Under the pieces are notes generated by a model. The model had not been told where the DNA came from. It made no database searches and saw only the letters and a program-made list of their open reading frames with translations. A program made the position numbers and the translations under genes. Shown here piece by piece: positions 10,072-19,616 of a DNA stretch of 64,000 nucleotides. Where the stretch lies: the NCBI GenBank assembly GCA_017962165.1, contig JAGCVW010000003.1:7065-71064 (forward strand), given 5' to 3'. The DNA is from Bacteroidales bacterium (GTDB lineage: Bacteria; Bacteroidota; Bacteroidia; Bacteroidales; UBA932). Position 1 is the first letter of the stretch; each line of letters begins with the position of its first letter.

Positions 10072-10538
10072 AAAAAGTAGCACTTTTCCCCGGATCGTTC
10101 GATCCATTCACCGCAGGCCACCTCAATATCCTGAGGAGGGCCCTCACCATGTTCGACGAAGTGGTGGTGGCCGTTGGCGTGAACCAGGACAAGCCCGGCT
10201 TCTACGACAACGATACCCGCGTGGAGATAATAAAGCAGGCCGTAAAGGGCCTGGAAGGCGTTTCGGCGGTGAAGTACGACGGCCTTACGATAGACCTTTG
10301 CCGCCAGCTTGGCATCAAACATGTAGTCAGGGGAGTAAGGAACATGCTCGATTTCGAGACGGAGCGCAGCATCGCGGATGCGAACCGCAGGCTTGCGCCT
10401 GAGATTGAGACCATCATCATTCCTACCGCCCAGGAATTCGCCCACATCTCTTCGAGCGCCGTACGCGACATCCTCAGGCACAATGGAGATACCTCGCTCT
10501 TCGTCCCGGAAGGAGTTGAACTTCCGCCGCTGAAATGA
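10068..10538 (+). CDS. coaD: pantetheine-phosphate adenylyltransferase
   Basis: FPGSFDPFTAGH, VRGVR, ISSSAVR. Confidence 0.95.
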   Translation: MKKVALFPGSFDPFTAGHLNILRRALTMFDEVVVAVGVNQDKPGFYDNDTRVEIIKQAVKGLEGVSAVKYDGLTIDLCRQLGIKHVVRGVRNMLDFETERSIADANRRLAPEIETIIIPTAQEFAHISSSAVRDILRHNGDTSLFVPEGVELPPLK

Positions 10539-11353
10539 AAAGGATAATTACCATATTCCTGGCTTTTGCGCTTTTCGCCCCGGTTGCTCCCGCCCAGCAG
10601 CTTGACTCGACGCGGCTTGCGCCGCTCGACTCTCTGCTGGAGGAATACTATGAAGCGATGATCTATGAGGCGATGCCTGCGAAGCTCCAGGAATGCGACT
10701 TCCTTATCGAGTCGTGTCCGGATTCTCTGGTTCGCCAGTGGGTTGCTACCCGCATCCTGCAGCACTATATGGAGGATCCGCCCCTGATGGGCGAGGAAGC
10801 GGTGGCCGTGTACCTCTACGACAAATGGTTCGCCGAAGGGCCGCTTTCGATAGCTGATGACTGGCTGGCATTTTCGGCCAAGTTGTTCGTGGACTTCAAC
10901 CGCAGCAGCCTGCTCGGTCTGAAGGCGCCCGTGCTGGAGATGCTCCCGCCGGTAGGCCCTGATAAGGTGACCGTGCCCCGTAAGGGAGTGCCGTCGGTGC
11001 TCTATTTCTTCGACACCTCATGCAGCAAGTGCAAGGCGACTACCATTATGCTGCCCCATGTCCTGGAAAACGGTTCGTTCCCCATCGCCCTGTTCATGAT
11101 CTATACCGGGCAGGACGGAGACGAATGGGCGGAATTCAGGGCCGGCTTCAGCTGCGCCAATCCCAATGTGGAGATCGTCCACCTCTGGGATCCTGAAATA
11201 GACTCCGACTACCAGAAGCAATACGGAGTGCTGTCCACCCCGAAGATGTTCCTCGTGGGAGCTGACGGCAAGATCGAAGGCCGCCGCCTGGAGGTAGAGG
11301 CCCTGGCCCAGCTTCTGGCTATCTATGAATCAGTTTTGCAAAACAATGAATAA
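10535..11353 (+). CDS. exported thioredoxin-fold (redoxin) protein
   Basis: Signal peptide; LYFFDTSCSKC CxxC; YGVLSTP. Confidence 0.75.
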   Translation: MKRIITIFLAFALFAPVAPAQQLDSTRLAPLDSLLEEYYEAMIYEAMPAKLQECDFLIESCPDSLVRQWVATRILQHYMEDPPLMGEEAVAVYLYDKWFAEGPLSIADDWLAFSAKLFVDFNRSSLLGLKAPVLEMLPPVGPDKVTVPRKGVPSVLYFFDTSCSKCKATTIMLPHVLENGSFPIALFMIYTGQDGDEWAEFRAGFSCANPNVEIVHLWDPEIDSDYQKQYGVLSTPKMFLVGADGKIEGRRLEVEALAQLLAIYESVLQNNE

Positions 11354-11564
11354 AGCTAAAATCGACCCCCTGTATCTGGCGAAGGAGAGAGCGGCTCTCC
11401 GCCACCGCCACCGCAAGACCGTCCTGTTCAACGACAGGGAGATTGCGGCTATCGAGGAGTATTGCAAGGTATACCACATCTCCTCAAAGTCGGCGATGTT
11501 CCGCCAGGCGATAATGGAAAGGGTGCTCGAAGGGCTGGACGAACTCCACCCGACACTCTTCTAG
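11346..11564 (+). CDS. small conserved hypothetical protein, ribbon-helix-helix-like
   Basis: 72 aa; TVLFNDRE…SKSAMFRQAIME…PTLF; start overlaps upstream stop. Confidence 0.6.
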   Translation: MNKAKIDPLYLAKERAALRHRHRKTVLFNDREIAAIEEYCKVYHISSKSAMFRQAIMERVLEGLDELHPTLF

Positions 11565-12229
11565 AGTTGCCAGTCGACGGGTCCTCTGCCCGTCGCTTCA
11601 AGATAACGGTTGGCCTTTGAGAAGGGCCGGCTTCCGAAGAATGCGCCCCGCGCAAGGGGCGACGGGTGCGCGGCCTCGAGAACCAGATGCCGCGAATGGT
11701 CGATAAAAGCGGCCTTGCTTCTGGCATAGTTTCCCCACAGCATAAATACGACATGTTCGCAGTTGTCGCTGATATAGCGTATGACCGCGTCGGTGAACTG
11801 CTGCCAGCCTATCGCATCATGGGATGACGGCTCGCCTGCGCGGACGGTGAGCATGGCGTTTAGGAGCAGCACGCCCTGACGGGCCCAGCCTTCGAGGTTC
11901 GGGCGGCCTGACATGCGTATCCCGAGGTCGTCTTCGGCTTCCCTGAAGATGTTGCGCAGGCTCGGGGGTGCGGGCACGCCGTCTGGCACGGAGAACGACA
12001 GGCCCATGGCCTGGCCGGGTCCATGGTAGGGGTCCTGGCCGAGAATTACGACCTTCACGCTGCCTACCGGAGTCAGCTCGAAAGCCCGGAATATCTGCGG
12101 TCCGGGTGGATAGATTACCTTGCCGGCACGTTTCTCGGCGTGGAGATAACCTACAAGCTCCGCAAAGTAAGGCTTGTCGAACTCACTCTGCAGAGCTTCT
12201 TTCCAGGACTGTTCTATCTGTACCGTCAA
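11561..12229 (-). CDS. ung: uracil-DNA glycosylase
   Basis: GQDPYH, GVLLLN, HPSPL; TTG start overlapping lon stop. Confidence 0.97.
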   Translation of the reverse strand: MTVQIEQSWKEALQSEFDKPYFAELVGYLHAEKRAGKVIYPPGPQIFRAFELTPVGSVKVVILGQDPYHGPGQAMGLSFSVPDGVPAPPSLRNIFREAEDDLGIRMSGRPNLEGWARQGVLLLNAMLTVRAGEPSSHDAIGWQQFTDAVIRYISDNCEHVVFMLWGNYARSKAAFIDHSRHLVLEAAHPSPLARGAFFGSRPFSKANRYLEATGRGPVDWQL

Positions 12230-14625
12230 AATACGAAGTCGATTACGTCGGTGATGGTCTTTACGTAGTGGAAGGTAAGGCCTTTTACGTAGATTTCCTT
12301 AATGTCTTCCACGTCCTTTCGGTTTTCCTCGCTGATGACGATGGTCTCGACTCCGGCGCGCTTGGCGGCGAGGATCTTTTCCTTGATACCGCCTACCGGC
12401 AGGACCTTGCCTCTGAGGGTCATCTCGCCCGTCATGGCGATATGCTTCTTGATTGCCTTGCCGCGAAGGGCGCTGATCATGGATGTGACCATGGTGATGC
12501 CGGCGGACGGGCCGTCCTTGGGGGTGGCGCCTTCGGGGACATGGACATGGAGGTCCCTGGCCGCGAAGTCGGCGCTTGTCATCCCGGCGAGGGCCGGGTG
12601 GGCCTTGATGTACTGGTAGGCTATCGTCGCCGATTCCTTCATGACGTCGCCGAGGTTGCCTGTCATGGTGAGGACGCCCTTTCCATCGGAGACGGAGCTT
12701 TCGATGAAGAGGATTTCGCCTCCCATCTGGGTCCATGCCAGGCCGGTGACGACTCCGGGGCCTTCGTTGCCCTTCTGGCGGTCGTGGGCTGCAGTAGGCA
12801 GGCCCAGATACTCCTTAAGGTGCTCAGGCTCGATAGTCGAAGGGTAGTCCTCTTCAAGGGCTATTTTCTTCGCCGTGACGCGGGCTATCTTCGCTATCTG
12901 CTTTTCGAGGGTTCGCACGCCGCTTTCGTGGGTATACTCGTCGATGATCTTCTTGAGGGCGGCCGTGCTGATTTTAAGGGTCTTCTTGTCCAGGCCGTGC
13001 ATCTCAAGCTGCTTGGGGACGAGGTATTTCTTTGCGATCTCTATCTTCTCTTCGGCAAGGTAACCGCTGACATTAATTACCTCCATGCGGTCCAGCAATG
13101 CAGGCTGGATAGGGGCGATGGTGTTCGCGGTGGTGATGAAGAGGACATTCGAGAGGTCGTAGTCTATATCCAGATAATTGTCGTGGAAGGTGACGTTCTG
13201 CTCGGGATCGAGGGCCTCGAGGAGAGCGGAACTGGGGTCGCCCTTAAAGTCCGACGAAAGTTTGTCGATTTCGTCGAGCACTATCACGGGGTTGGAAGTC
13301 CCGGCTTTGTTGATTCCGCCGAGTATCCTGCCCGGAAGGGCGCCTACGTAGGTCTTTCTGTGGCCGCGGATCTCCGCTTCGTCGTGCATGCCGCCGAGGG
13401 CTATCCTTACATACTTGCGCCCAAGCGCACGGGCTATGGACTTTCCGAGGGAGGTCTTGCCGACTCCCGGAGGACCGTAGAGGCAGAGGATGGGAGACTT
13501 CATGTTCCCCTTCAGTTTAAGGACTGCCAGGTATTCTATGATCCTGTCCTTGATGGTGTCCAGGCCGTAGTGGTCCTCTTCGAGCACGGCCTTGGCGTGC
13601 TTGAGGTCCAGGTTGTCCTGGCTCATTTCCTGCCACGGTAGGCTGAGCATGAACTCCAGGTAATTGTACTGGACGGAATAGTCGGGGGAGTTGGGGTTGT
13701 ATTTTTCGAGCTTGCTGAGCTCCTTGTCAAAGATCTTCGCGACTTCCTCGGGCCACTTCTTCTGGGCGGCCTTTTCGCGGAACTTGTCGAATTCTTCGTT
13801 TTCGTCCATTCCGAGCTCTTCCTGAATAGTGCGGAGCTGGTTGTTGAGGTAATACTCCCTCTGCTGTTGGTCTATCTCGCTCTTTACCTTGCGGTTGATC
13901 TCGTTCTTGATGTTGGAGAGCTGGAGCTGGGCGTCGAGGATGACGAGCAGTTTCATGGCCCTGGTCCTTACGTCGTCGTACTGCAGGAGCTCGGCCTTGT
14001 CGGTAAAGTTCTCCACTTCGACCGTCGTGGCGATGAAATTCACCAGGAAGGCGAAGCTGTCGATGCTGCGCATGGCGGCGATGGCTTCCTTCGGGGCGAA
14101 GTTGCTGGCGGCGATGATCTGGCCGGCCTTTTCCTTCAGCATGGAGGCGAGGCCCTTGACATCATCGGAATTCTCCTTTGTCAGTACGTCGCTCAGGTAA
14201 CGCACCTGGGCGGTAATGTAAGGGTCGTAGTCAATCACGTACTGCATCTCGATGCGCTTGTGGCCCTGGAGGATGGCGGTTATAGTCCCGTCAGGCATCT
14301 CGAGGGTCTTGAGGATCTTCGCGACCGTTCCGAAGTTGTACAGATCGGTCTCCACGGGATCTTCCACCGCGGGGTCAAGCTGGGGCACCGCGCCGATGAA
14401 ATAATCGTGTTTCTCTGCGTCCTGTATAAGTTTTATGGATTTCTCGCGGCCTATGGTGATGGGATAAATAGTCCCCGGGAAGAGGACCGCGCCCCTGAGT
14501 GCCAGTATAGGCAGGGTAGGGGGCAGCTCGCTGTCGCTTATCTTCGCCACTCCTTCGCCGGATACGACCGGGATTATGTTCACTTCTGCGGCATTCTGCG
14601 AGAAGAAGTCCTTGTCTTTTATCAT
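12226..14625 (-). CDS. lon: Lon protease
   Basis: GPPGVGKTS, LDEIDK, PKDGPSAG, GGIKEK. Confidence 0.97.
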   Translation of the reverse strand: MIKDKDFFSQNAAEVNIIPVVSGEGVAKISDSELPPTLPILALRGAVLFPGTIYPITIGREKSIKLIQDAEKHDYFIGAVPQLDPAVEDPVETDLYNFGTVAKILKTLEMPDGTITAILQGHKRIEMQYVIDYDPYITAQVRYLSDVLTKENSDDVKGLASMLKEKAGQIIAASNFAPKEAIAAMRSIDSFAFLVNFIATTVEVENFTDKAELLQYDDVRTRAMKLLVILDAQLQLSNIKNEINRKVKSEIDQQQREYYLNNQLRTIQEELGMDENEEFDKFREKAAQKKWPEEVAKIFDKELSKLEKYNPNSPDYSVQYNYLEFMLSLPWQEMSQDNLDLKHAKAVLEEDHYGLDTIKDRIIEYLAVLKLKGNMKSPILCLYGPPGVGKTSLGKSIARALGRKYVRIALGGMHDEAEIRGHRKTYVGALPGRILGGINKAGTSNPVIVLDEIDKLSSDFKGDPSSALLEALDPEQNVTFHDNYLDIDYDLSNVLFITTANTIAPIQPALLDRMEVINVSGYLAEEKIEIAKKYLVPKQLEMHGLDKKTLKISTAALKKIIDEYTHESGVRTLEKQIAKIARVTAKKIALEEDYPSTIEPEHLKEYLGLPTAAHDRQKGNEGPGVVTGLAWTQMGGEILFIESSVSDGKGVLTMTGNLGDVMKESATIAYQYIKAHPALAGMTSADFAARDLHVHVPEGATPKDGPSAGITMVTSMISALRGKAIKKHIAMTGEMTLRGKVLPVGGIKEKILAAKRAGVETIVISEENRKDVEDIKEIYVKGLTFHYVKTITDVIDFVF

Positions 14626-14668
14626 ATAATTGTCAAATTGTCAGTTATAATAAGCCTTTCCTTATCGG

Positions 14669-14701
14669 TCAATCACTGTGCCAATCCGGGGCCGGGTGAC
14701 A
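14669..14701 (-). promoter_or_regulatory. putative sigma54-like / heat-shock motif upstream of lon
   Basis: Minus strand TGTCA-N13-TGGCAC-N5-TTGA; same layout upstream of dnaK. Confidence 0.5.
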
Positions 14702-14717
14702 AATTTACACTTCTATA

Positions 14718-14748
14718 TTTGATTTCTAAAAAAATACTTCTATTTTTG
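14718..14748 (+). promoter_or_regulatory. Bacteroidetes housekeeping promoter for HU gene
   Basis: TTTG (14718-21) plus TATTTTTG (14741-48), 19-nt spacer. Confidence 0.65.
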
Positions 14749-14798
14749 CAGTCCATTTTTGGTTAAAGCAATTTATTAGTTATTAGATATTTACAAAG

Positions 14799-15074
14799 AT
14801 GACAAAAGCAGACATCGTTAACAAGATCGCAAAAAACACCGGCCTCGAGAAGACCGAAGTGCAGACGGTCATTGAAGGTTTCATGGAGAGCGTGATCGAG
14901 TCCTTAGCGAAGGACGAGCCTGTTTACCTCCGTGGCTTCGGCAGCTTCATTATCAAGCACCGCGCAGAGAAAACCGCCCGTGACATCACAAAGAAGACCA
15001 CAATCGTGATTCCCGCACACGATATCCCGGCGTTCAAGCCCGCCGACAGCTTCATGGAGAAGGTCAGCAAGTAA
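14799..15074 (+). CDS. hup: HU/IHF-family DNA-binding protein
   Basis: MTKADIV…LRGFGSF…PAFKP. Confidence 0.92.
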   Translation: MTKADIVNKIAKNTGLEKTEVQTVIEGFMESVIESLAKDEPVYLRGFGSFIIKHRAEKTARDITKKTTIVIPAHDIPAFKPADSFMEKVSK

Positions 15075-15092
15075 TTTTAAAACCTTAATATT

Positions 15093-15182
15093 ATGCCCAA
15101 CGGAAAGAAGCATAAGCGTCACAAAATGGCGACGCACAAGCGTAAAAAACGTTTGCGCAAGAACAGGCACAAGAAGAAATAA
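15093..15182 (+). CDS. small basic ribosomal protein bS22-like (AURKAIP1/COX24 domain), 29 aa
   Basis: Below ORF-track cutoff; MPNGKKHKRHKMATHKRKKRLRKNRHKKK; AT-rich start context; followed by terminator. Confidence 0.85.
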   Translation: MPNGKKHKRHKMATHKRKKRLRKNRHKKK

Positions 15183-15196
15183 TTCTGTGTCGCACT

Positions 15197-15226
15197 AGGT
15201 CCTCGGGAGATCCGAAGGGCCTTTTT
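15197..15226 (+). terminator. intrinsic terminator after HU-bS22
   Basis: aggtcctcgg…ccgaagggcct imperfect stem followed by T run. Confidence 0.6.
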
Positions 15227-15235
15227 GTTTTGTCT

Positions 15236-16801
15236 ATGGATAGCAACGAAAAGTCAGAAAAAGACCTGGTGGTCTCAGTAGGCCCCTCAGAGGTTAAGCT
15301 CGCGCTTATGGAGAACCATAAGCTGATCGAGTACAACAGGGAATCGAGCCAGGGCCACAACTTCTCGGTGGGGGATGTCTTCCTCGGAAGAGTGAAGAAG
15401 CTCCTTCCCGCCCTGAACGCCGCTTTCGTCGATATCGGTGACAACAAGGAAGCTTTCATCCACTACCTGGATCTGGGCCTGTATTTCAACTCGTTCGATA
15501 CTTTCGTAAAGAAGTCGAACCCCAATACCGACCTTAAGAACCTTTACTCCCACATCCAGATCGGCCCCGCCCTCGAGAAGGAAGGCAAGATCGAGAATGT
15601 GCTTCAGGTAGGCCAGATGATTATCTGCCAGATTGTCAAAGAACCGATTTCGACCAAAGGGTCCCGGCTGACCGCTGAAATTTCGCTGGCAGGACGAAAC
15701 ATTGTACTGCTCCCTTTCGCGCAGAAAGTGAGCGTTTCCCAGAGAATCTCTTCGAAAGAAGAGCGCAAGAGGCTCGAGACCCTCGTGCGGAGCATCCTCC
15801 CCAAGAACTACGGCGCCATCATCCGCACCGCCTCCGAAGGCACCAATGCGGCCGCGCTGGTAGGCGAAGCGAAGTCGCTTATCGACAAGTGGGAAGAATC
15901 GTGGAAAACCATAGCGAAGAACAAGTCGGTCAATTTGCTCTTTACCGAGTATTCGAAGACGACCACCGTCCTTCGCGACCTCCTGAATGATTCGTTCACT
16001 AATGTCTACGTCGACGACCAGACCGTTTATGAGGAAACCCGCAAGTACATTTCGCTGATCTCTCCCGAGCAGGAGAAGATAGTGAAGCTTTACGAAGGCA
16101 AGGAGCCGATTTTCGACCATTTCGAGGTCACCCGCCAGATCAAGAGTTCTTTCGGCAAGGTCGTCCCCATGAAGCAGGGCGCTTACCTTGTGATCGAATC
16201 TACAGAGGCCCTGAACGTAATCGACGTAAACAGCGGCATCCGCGCAAAGACTACGGACCACGAGGAGAATACCTTCGAGGTCAACAAGATAGCAGCGGAG
16301 GAAATCGCGCGTCAGCTCCGGCTCAGGGATATGGGCGGCATCATCATCGTGGATTTCATCGACATGGATTCGCAGGAACACCGCAATGAACTCCACAAGT
16401 ACATGATGGACCTTATGGAATCAGACAGGGCGAAGCACAACGTGCTGCCTCTGACCAAGTTCGGCCTGATGCAGATCACCCGCCAGAGAATACGTCCTGT
16501 AACAGAAATCAACACCACGGAGCAGTGTCCCCTCTGCCACGGCACGGGAAAGATCGCTTCGACGGTGGTTATCGACGAGCAGGTGGAGCGTCAGCTCGCT
16601 TACTTTGTCACCGACAAAGGCGTGAAGACTCTCACCCTTCGGGTAAGCCCCATTCTGGGCGCATACCTTACCAGGGGCTTCCGTTCTTTTGTCGCGAAGT
16701 GGAGACGCAAGTACAAATGCAGGCTGAAGGTGGTCGAGTCCACCGGCAACAGCATCCTCCAGTACGAATTTCTTAACTCTAACGGAGAGGTCCTCGAATA
16801 A
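15236..16801 (+). CDS. rng: ribonuclease E/G family
   Basis: AAFVDIG, KEPISTKG, IDVNSG, RQLRLRDMGGIIIVDFIDM, CPLCHGTG. Confidence 0.93.
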   Translation: MDSNEKSEKDLVVSVGPSEVKLALMENHKLIEYNRESSQGHNFSVGDVFLGRVKKLLPALNAAFVDIGDNKEAFIHYLDLGLYFNSFDTFVKKSNPNTDLKNLYSHIQIGPALEKEGKIENVLQVGQMIICQIVKEPISTKGSRLTAEISLAGRNIVLLPFAQKVSVSQRISSKEERKRLETLVRSILPKNYGAIIRTASEGTNAAALVGEAKSLIDKWEESWKTIAKNKSVNLLFTEYSKTTTVLRDLLNDSFTNVYVDDQTVYEETRKYISLISPEQEKIVKLYEGKEPIFDHFEVTRQIKSSFGKVVPMKQGAYLVIESTEALNVIDVNSGIRAKTTDHEENTFEVNKIAAEEIARQLRLRDMGGIIIVDFIDMDSQEHRNELHKYMMDLMESDRAKHNVLPLTKFGLMQITRQRIRPVTEINTTEQCPLCHGTGKIASTVVIDEQVERQLAYFVTDKGVKTLTLRVSPILGAYLTRGFRSFVAKWRRKYKCRLKVVESTGNSILQYEFLNSNGEVLE

Positions 16802-16816
16802 CGGGGACCTCTTTTT
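16786..16816 (+). terminator. intrinsic terminator overlapping rng stop
   Basis: agaggtcctcg-aataa-cggggacctct-tttt. Confidence 0.7.
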
Positions 16817-16820
16817 AGTT

Positions 16821-16891
16821 AAAGGATCAACCATTGACCCTTCCCGTGCCCGGGGGTGGGCACGCCTCTCAGGGTGAACGGTTGATCCTTT
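16821..16891. repeat. 71-nt long imperfect palindrome (nested hairpin)
   Basis: aaaggatcaacc/ggttgatccttt outer arms, accct/agggt, cgtgccc/gggcacg inner stem. Confidence 0.75.
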
Positions 16892-16908
16892 TTCATTATC
16901 TTTGCAGC

Positions 16909-17298
16909 ATGGACGGAGTAAGAATAGACAAGTATTTGTGGGCGATCCGGGCGTTCAAGACACGCACGGAGGCGACCGATGCGTGCAACGGAGGAAAGGT
17001 GAAGATAGGGGGAAGCAACTGCAAGCCTTCGAGGCCGCTGAAGATAGGGGAGGTGATTGAGGTCAGAAAGGGCTCGGCGGTGTTTACGTACAAGGTCCTG
17101 GCGTTTCTGGAGAAACGCGTCGGCGCCGCGCTGGTGGCCGACTATGCCGAGAACCTCACCCCGCAGAGCGAGATCGACAAACTCCACGCCCCTGTCGAAA
17201 CCTTCTTCGTGCGGCGCGAGCGCGGCGCCGGCCGTCCCACAAAAAAAGAGCGCCGAACCATCGACGCCCTTTGGGATTCGTTTGACTCTGAGGAGTAG
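16909..17298 (+). CDS. hslR: RNA-binding S4 domain protein (Hsp15)
   Basis: RIDKYLWAIRAFKTRT…GRPTKKERR. Confidence 0.9.
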   Translation: MDGVRIDKYLWAIRAFKTRTEATDACNGGKVKIGGSNCKPSRPLKIGEVIEVRKGSAVFTYKVLAFLEKRVGAALVADYAENLTPQSEIDKLHAPVETFFVRRERGAGRPTKKERRTIDALWDSFDSEE

Positions 17299-17300
17299 GC

Positions 17301-17849
17301 CTACTTTCCGAAATATCTCTTCAGCAGGCCGCGGAAGCCGGCGCCGTGGCGGGCTTCGTCCTTAGCCATTTCGTGGACGGTGTCGTGGATGGCGTCATAG
17401 CCGAGTTTCTTGGCTTTGACGGCGGTCGCGAGTTTTCCTTCGCAGGCGCCGGCCTCGGCCTCGGCCCTCTTCTGGAGGTTGGTCTTGGTATCCCAAACGA
17501 CCTCTCCGAGAAGCTCGGCGAACTTGGCGGCGTGCTCGGCCTCCTCGAAAGCGTAGCGCTTGAAGGCCTCGGCGATTTCAGGATAGCCCTCGCGGTCCGC
17601 CTGGCGGCTCATCGCGAGGTACATTCCGACTTCGGAACATTCGCCCGCAAAATCGTGGCGGAGCGCCTCCATTATTTCAGCGTCCTCTACCTGACCGTCT
17701 CCAAGTTTATGTTCGCAGGCAAATTTTTCGCTTTGCTCCACGACCTCGACGAATTTGTCGGATTTAGCATGGCAAAGGGGACACTCTGCGGGAGGGTTTT
17801 CGCCTTCGTACACGTATCCGCATACCAAACATCTGAATTTTTTCTTCAT
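17301..17849 (-). CDS. reverse rubrerythrin (NADH peroxidase)
   Basis: N-terminal rubredoxin CLVC…CPLC, then ferritin-like EEAEH and DEARH. Confidence 0.9.
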   Translation of the reverse strand: MKKKFRCLVCGYVYEGENPPAECPLCHAKSDKFVEVVEQSEKFACEHKLGDGQVEDAEIMEALRHDFAGECSEVGMYLAMSRQADREGYPEIAEAFKRYAFEEAEHAAKFAELLGEVVWDTKTNLQKRAEAEAGACEGKLATAVKAKKLGYDAIHDTVHEMAKDEARHGAGFRGLLKRYFGK

Positions 17850-17890
17850 AATAATTGATTATTAGATTGTTGATGATTATTTTCTCGTTT

Positions 17891-17993
17891 GAAAAAGGTT
17901 ATGGCCATTTTCCTCTCAATCGCCTAAGACGCTTCGCGTTTGACGGCGACCCTAGTCCGGGAAAATGTTCGGAAAATGGCCATAACCTTTTTC
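17891..17993 (+). repeat. structured intergenic repeat, copy 1
   Basis: 23-bp perfect IR (17891-17913/17971-17993) enclosing core atcgcc…acgcttcgcgt…ggcgaccctagtccgggaaaat. Confidence 0.9.
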
Positions 17994-18571
17994 TATTTCG
18001 TATCAAGCAAAAGTGCGTAGCGGACTTTTTGGGAGGCGGCTTCGCCGGCGACGGCGCTCAGGATTTCCAGGCCGAATGCGACGGCGTGGCCGGCGCTGCG
18101 GCCGGTGATGATCCTGCCGGAGCGGACCGCCGGGGCGTTCACGAACTGTCCGCCCTTGGCAATCAGGGCGTCCTGGAAGCCGTCAAAGCAAGTGAACTGC
18201 AGGCCTTTGAGGTCCGGGAGCTGGCTAAGGACAAGGCCGGGAGCCGCGCAGATCGCGGCGAGCGAGCCGCCGGCAGTGTAGTGCTCCTTCATCGCCCTTA
18301 TCAGCGCCTTGCATGAAGCAAGATTTTTCGATCCGGGCATTCCGCCGGGGAAGATCATAAAGTCTTTCGCCGAAGTCCCGGAATGGTCTTCGTCGAAGTC
18401 GGCAAGATACGCTTCCGGGCCCACCGTCACGCCGTGTGACGACACCACGAACGGGTCTTCGCCGATACTGACAAGGCATACGTCCAGGCCTGCTCTGCGC
18501 AGGACGTCGTTTACCGCGAGGGCTTCAATGTCCTCGAAGCCGTCCGCAAGAAAAATATTGATTCCTTTCAT
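17993..18571 (-). CDS. DJ-1/PfpI family protein
   Basis: FLADGFEDIEA, PGGMPG, AAICAAP; start placed at ATG 18571. Confidence 0.9.
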   Translation of the reverse strand: MKGINIFLADGFEDIEALAVNDVLRRAGLDVCLVSIGEDPFVVSSHGVTVGPEAYLADFDEDHSGTSAKDFMIFPGGMPGSKNLASCKALIRAMKEHYTAGGSLAAICAAPGLVLSQLPDLKGLQFTCFDGFQDALIAKGGQFVNAPAVRSGRIITGRSAGHAVAFGLEILSAVAGEAASQKVRYALLLDTK

Positions 18572-18617
18572 ACTGTCAAATATAGGGAATTTTGAGTATT
18601 TTTGTACGATTGTCGAT

Positions 18618-19616
18618 ATGGAAGAGAAGAAGCTGTATCCATTTAGGTTCCTCCCTCTGGAAGATTCGTTCGCCTGGGGCCGCGACTGTTTCAAGGTCGC
18701 CGACCTGGGGTATCGCGACACCGTAGTCGCGGACGGCTGGCTTGCCGCCAACACTCTCAGCGAGGTGATGGATACCTACATGGACCGTGTGGTCGGAGAC
18801 CATGTCTTCGCATCTTACGGCCGGCTGTTCCCCGTGCAGCTCAAGCGCATCGTATGCGAGGGCCGCATGCCCCTTCGCGTCCATCCCGACGATGAAATCG
18901 CCTCTCAGCGCTACGACTCGCTCGGCCGCGAGAAGATCTGGTACATTGCCAAGGCCGCTGCCGACGCCCGCCTGTGTCTGGGCTGGTCCCGCAATATCGA
19001 TGCGTCCGAACTGATCGGAGGCATCAGGAGCGGCGGAATAGAAGCTCTGGTGAACATGGTCCCGGTAAAGGCCGGGGACTGCTTCCGGATTAAGCCGGGC
19101 CTTGTGCATGGCGCCGTAGGCAGCCTCGAAATCGTCGAGGTCTCCGAATCGTCGGCCCTCGATTTCTGCGTGTACCCGTGGGGGCAGCCCCTCGGCGAGG
19201 AAGAGTTCGACCCTGCGTTCAGCGTGGTCGACGCTCTGGATTTCATCGACTATGGCGCTTATGCGGCACCGGAGGCCCCGGCATCTGGCAGCGAGGGCAT
19301 GAAGTTCCTTGCGGACCTCCCGCAGTTTACAGTCCGGAAGATGGACCTTCGCGACCCGCTCCATATCACCGGCGGGGACCACAATTCCTACGCGGTTTAC
19401 CATTGCCTTTATGGCAAGGCCATGGTGAAGGTGGGCCTGTTGGAATACAAGCTGGAGGCGGGCGATACCCTGCTCATGCCGGCAGAGGTGGACGATTTCA
19501 TCCTCGCGCCGCTGGCGCAGACGACCTCCGTGCTTGAAATCATGACCGAGTACAAGCCCGAAATGGACGCATATATCAATCCGGACGCGGAAGAAAAGCT
19601 CGAAGACGATGAGTAG
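18618..19616 (+). CDS. type I phosphomannose-isomerase-like cupin protein (degenerate active site)
   Basis: LYPFRF, FPVQLK…VHPDD…GREKIWY, PGLVHG. Confidence 0.7.
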   Translation: MEEKKLYPFRFLPLEDSFAWGRDCFKVADLGYRDTVVADGWLAANTLSEVMDTYMDRVVGDHVFASYGRLFPVQLKRIVCEGRMPLRVHPDDEIASQRYDSLGREKIWYIAKAAADARLCLGWSRNIDASELIGGIRSGGIEALVNMVPVKAGDCFRIKPGLVHGAVGSLEIVEVSESSALDFCVYPWGQPLGEEEFDPAFSVVDALDFIDYGAYAAPEAPASGSEGMKFLADLPQFTVRKMDLRDPLHITGGDHNSYAVYHCLYGKAMVKVGLLEYKLEAGDTLLMPAEVDDFILAPLAQTTSVLEIMTEYKPEMDAYINPDAEEKLEDDE

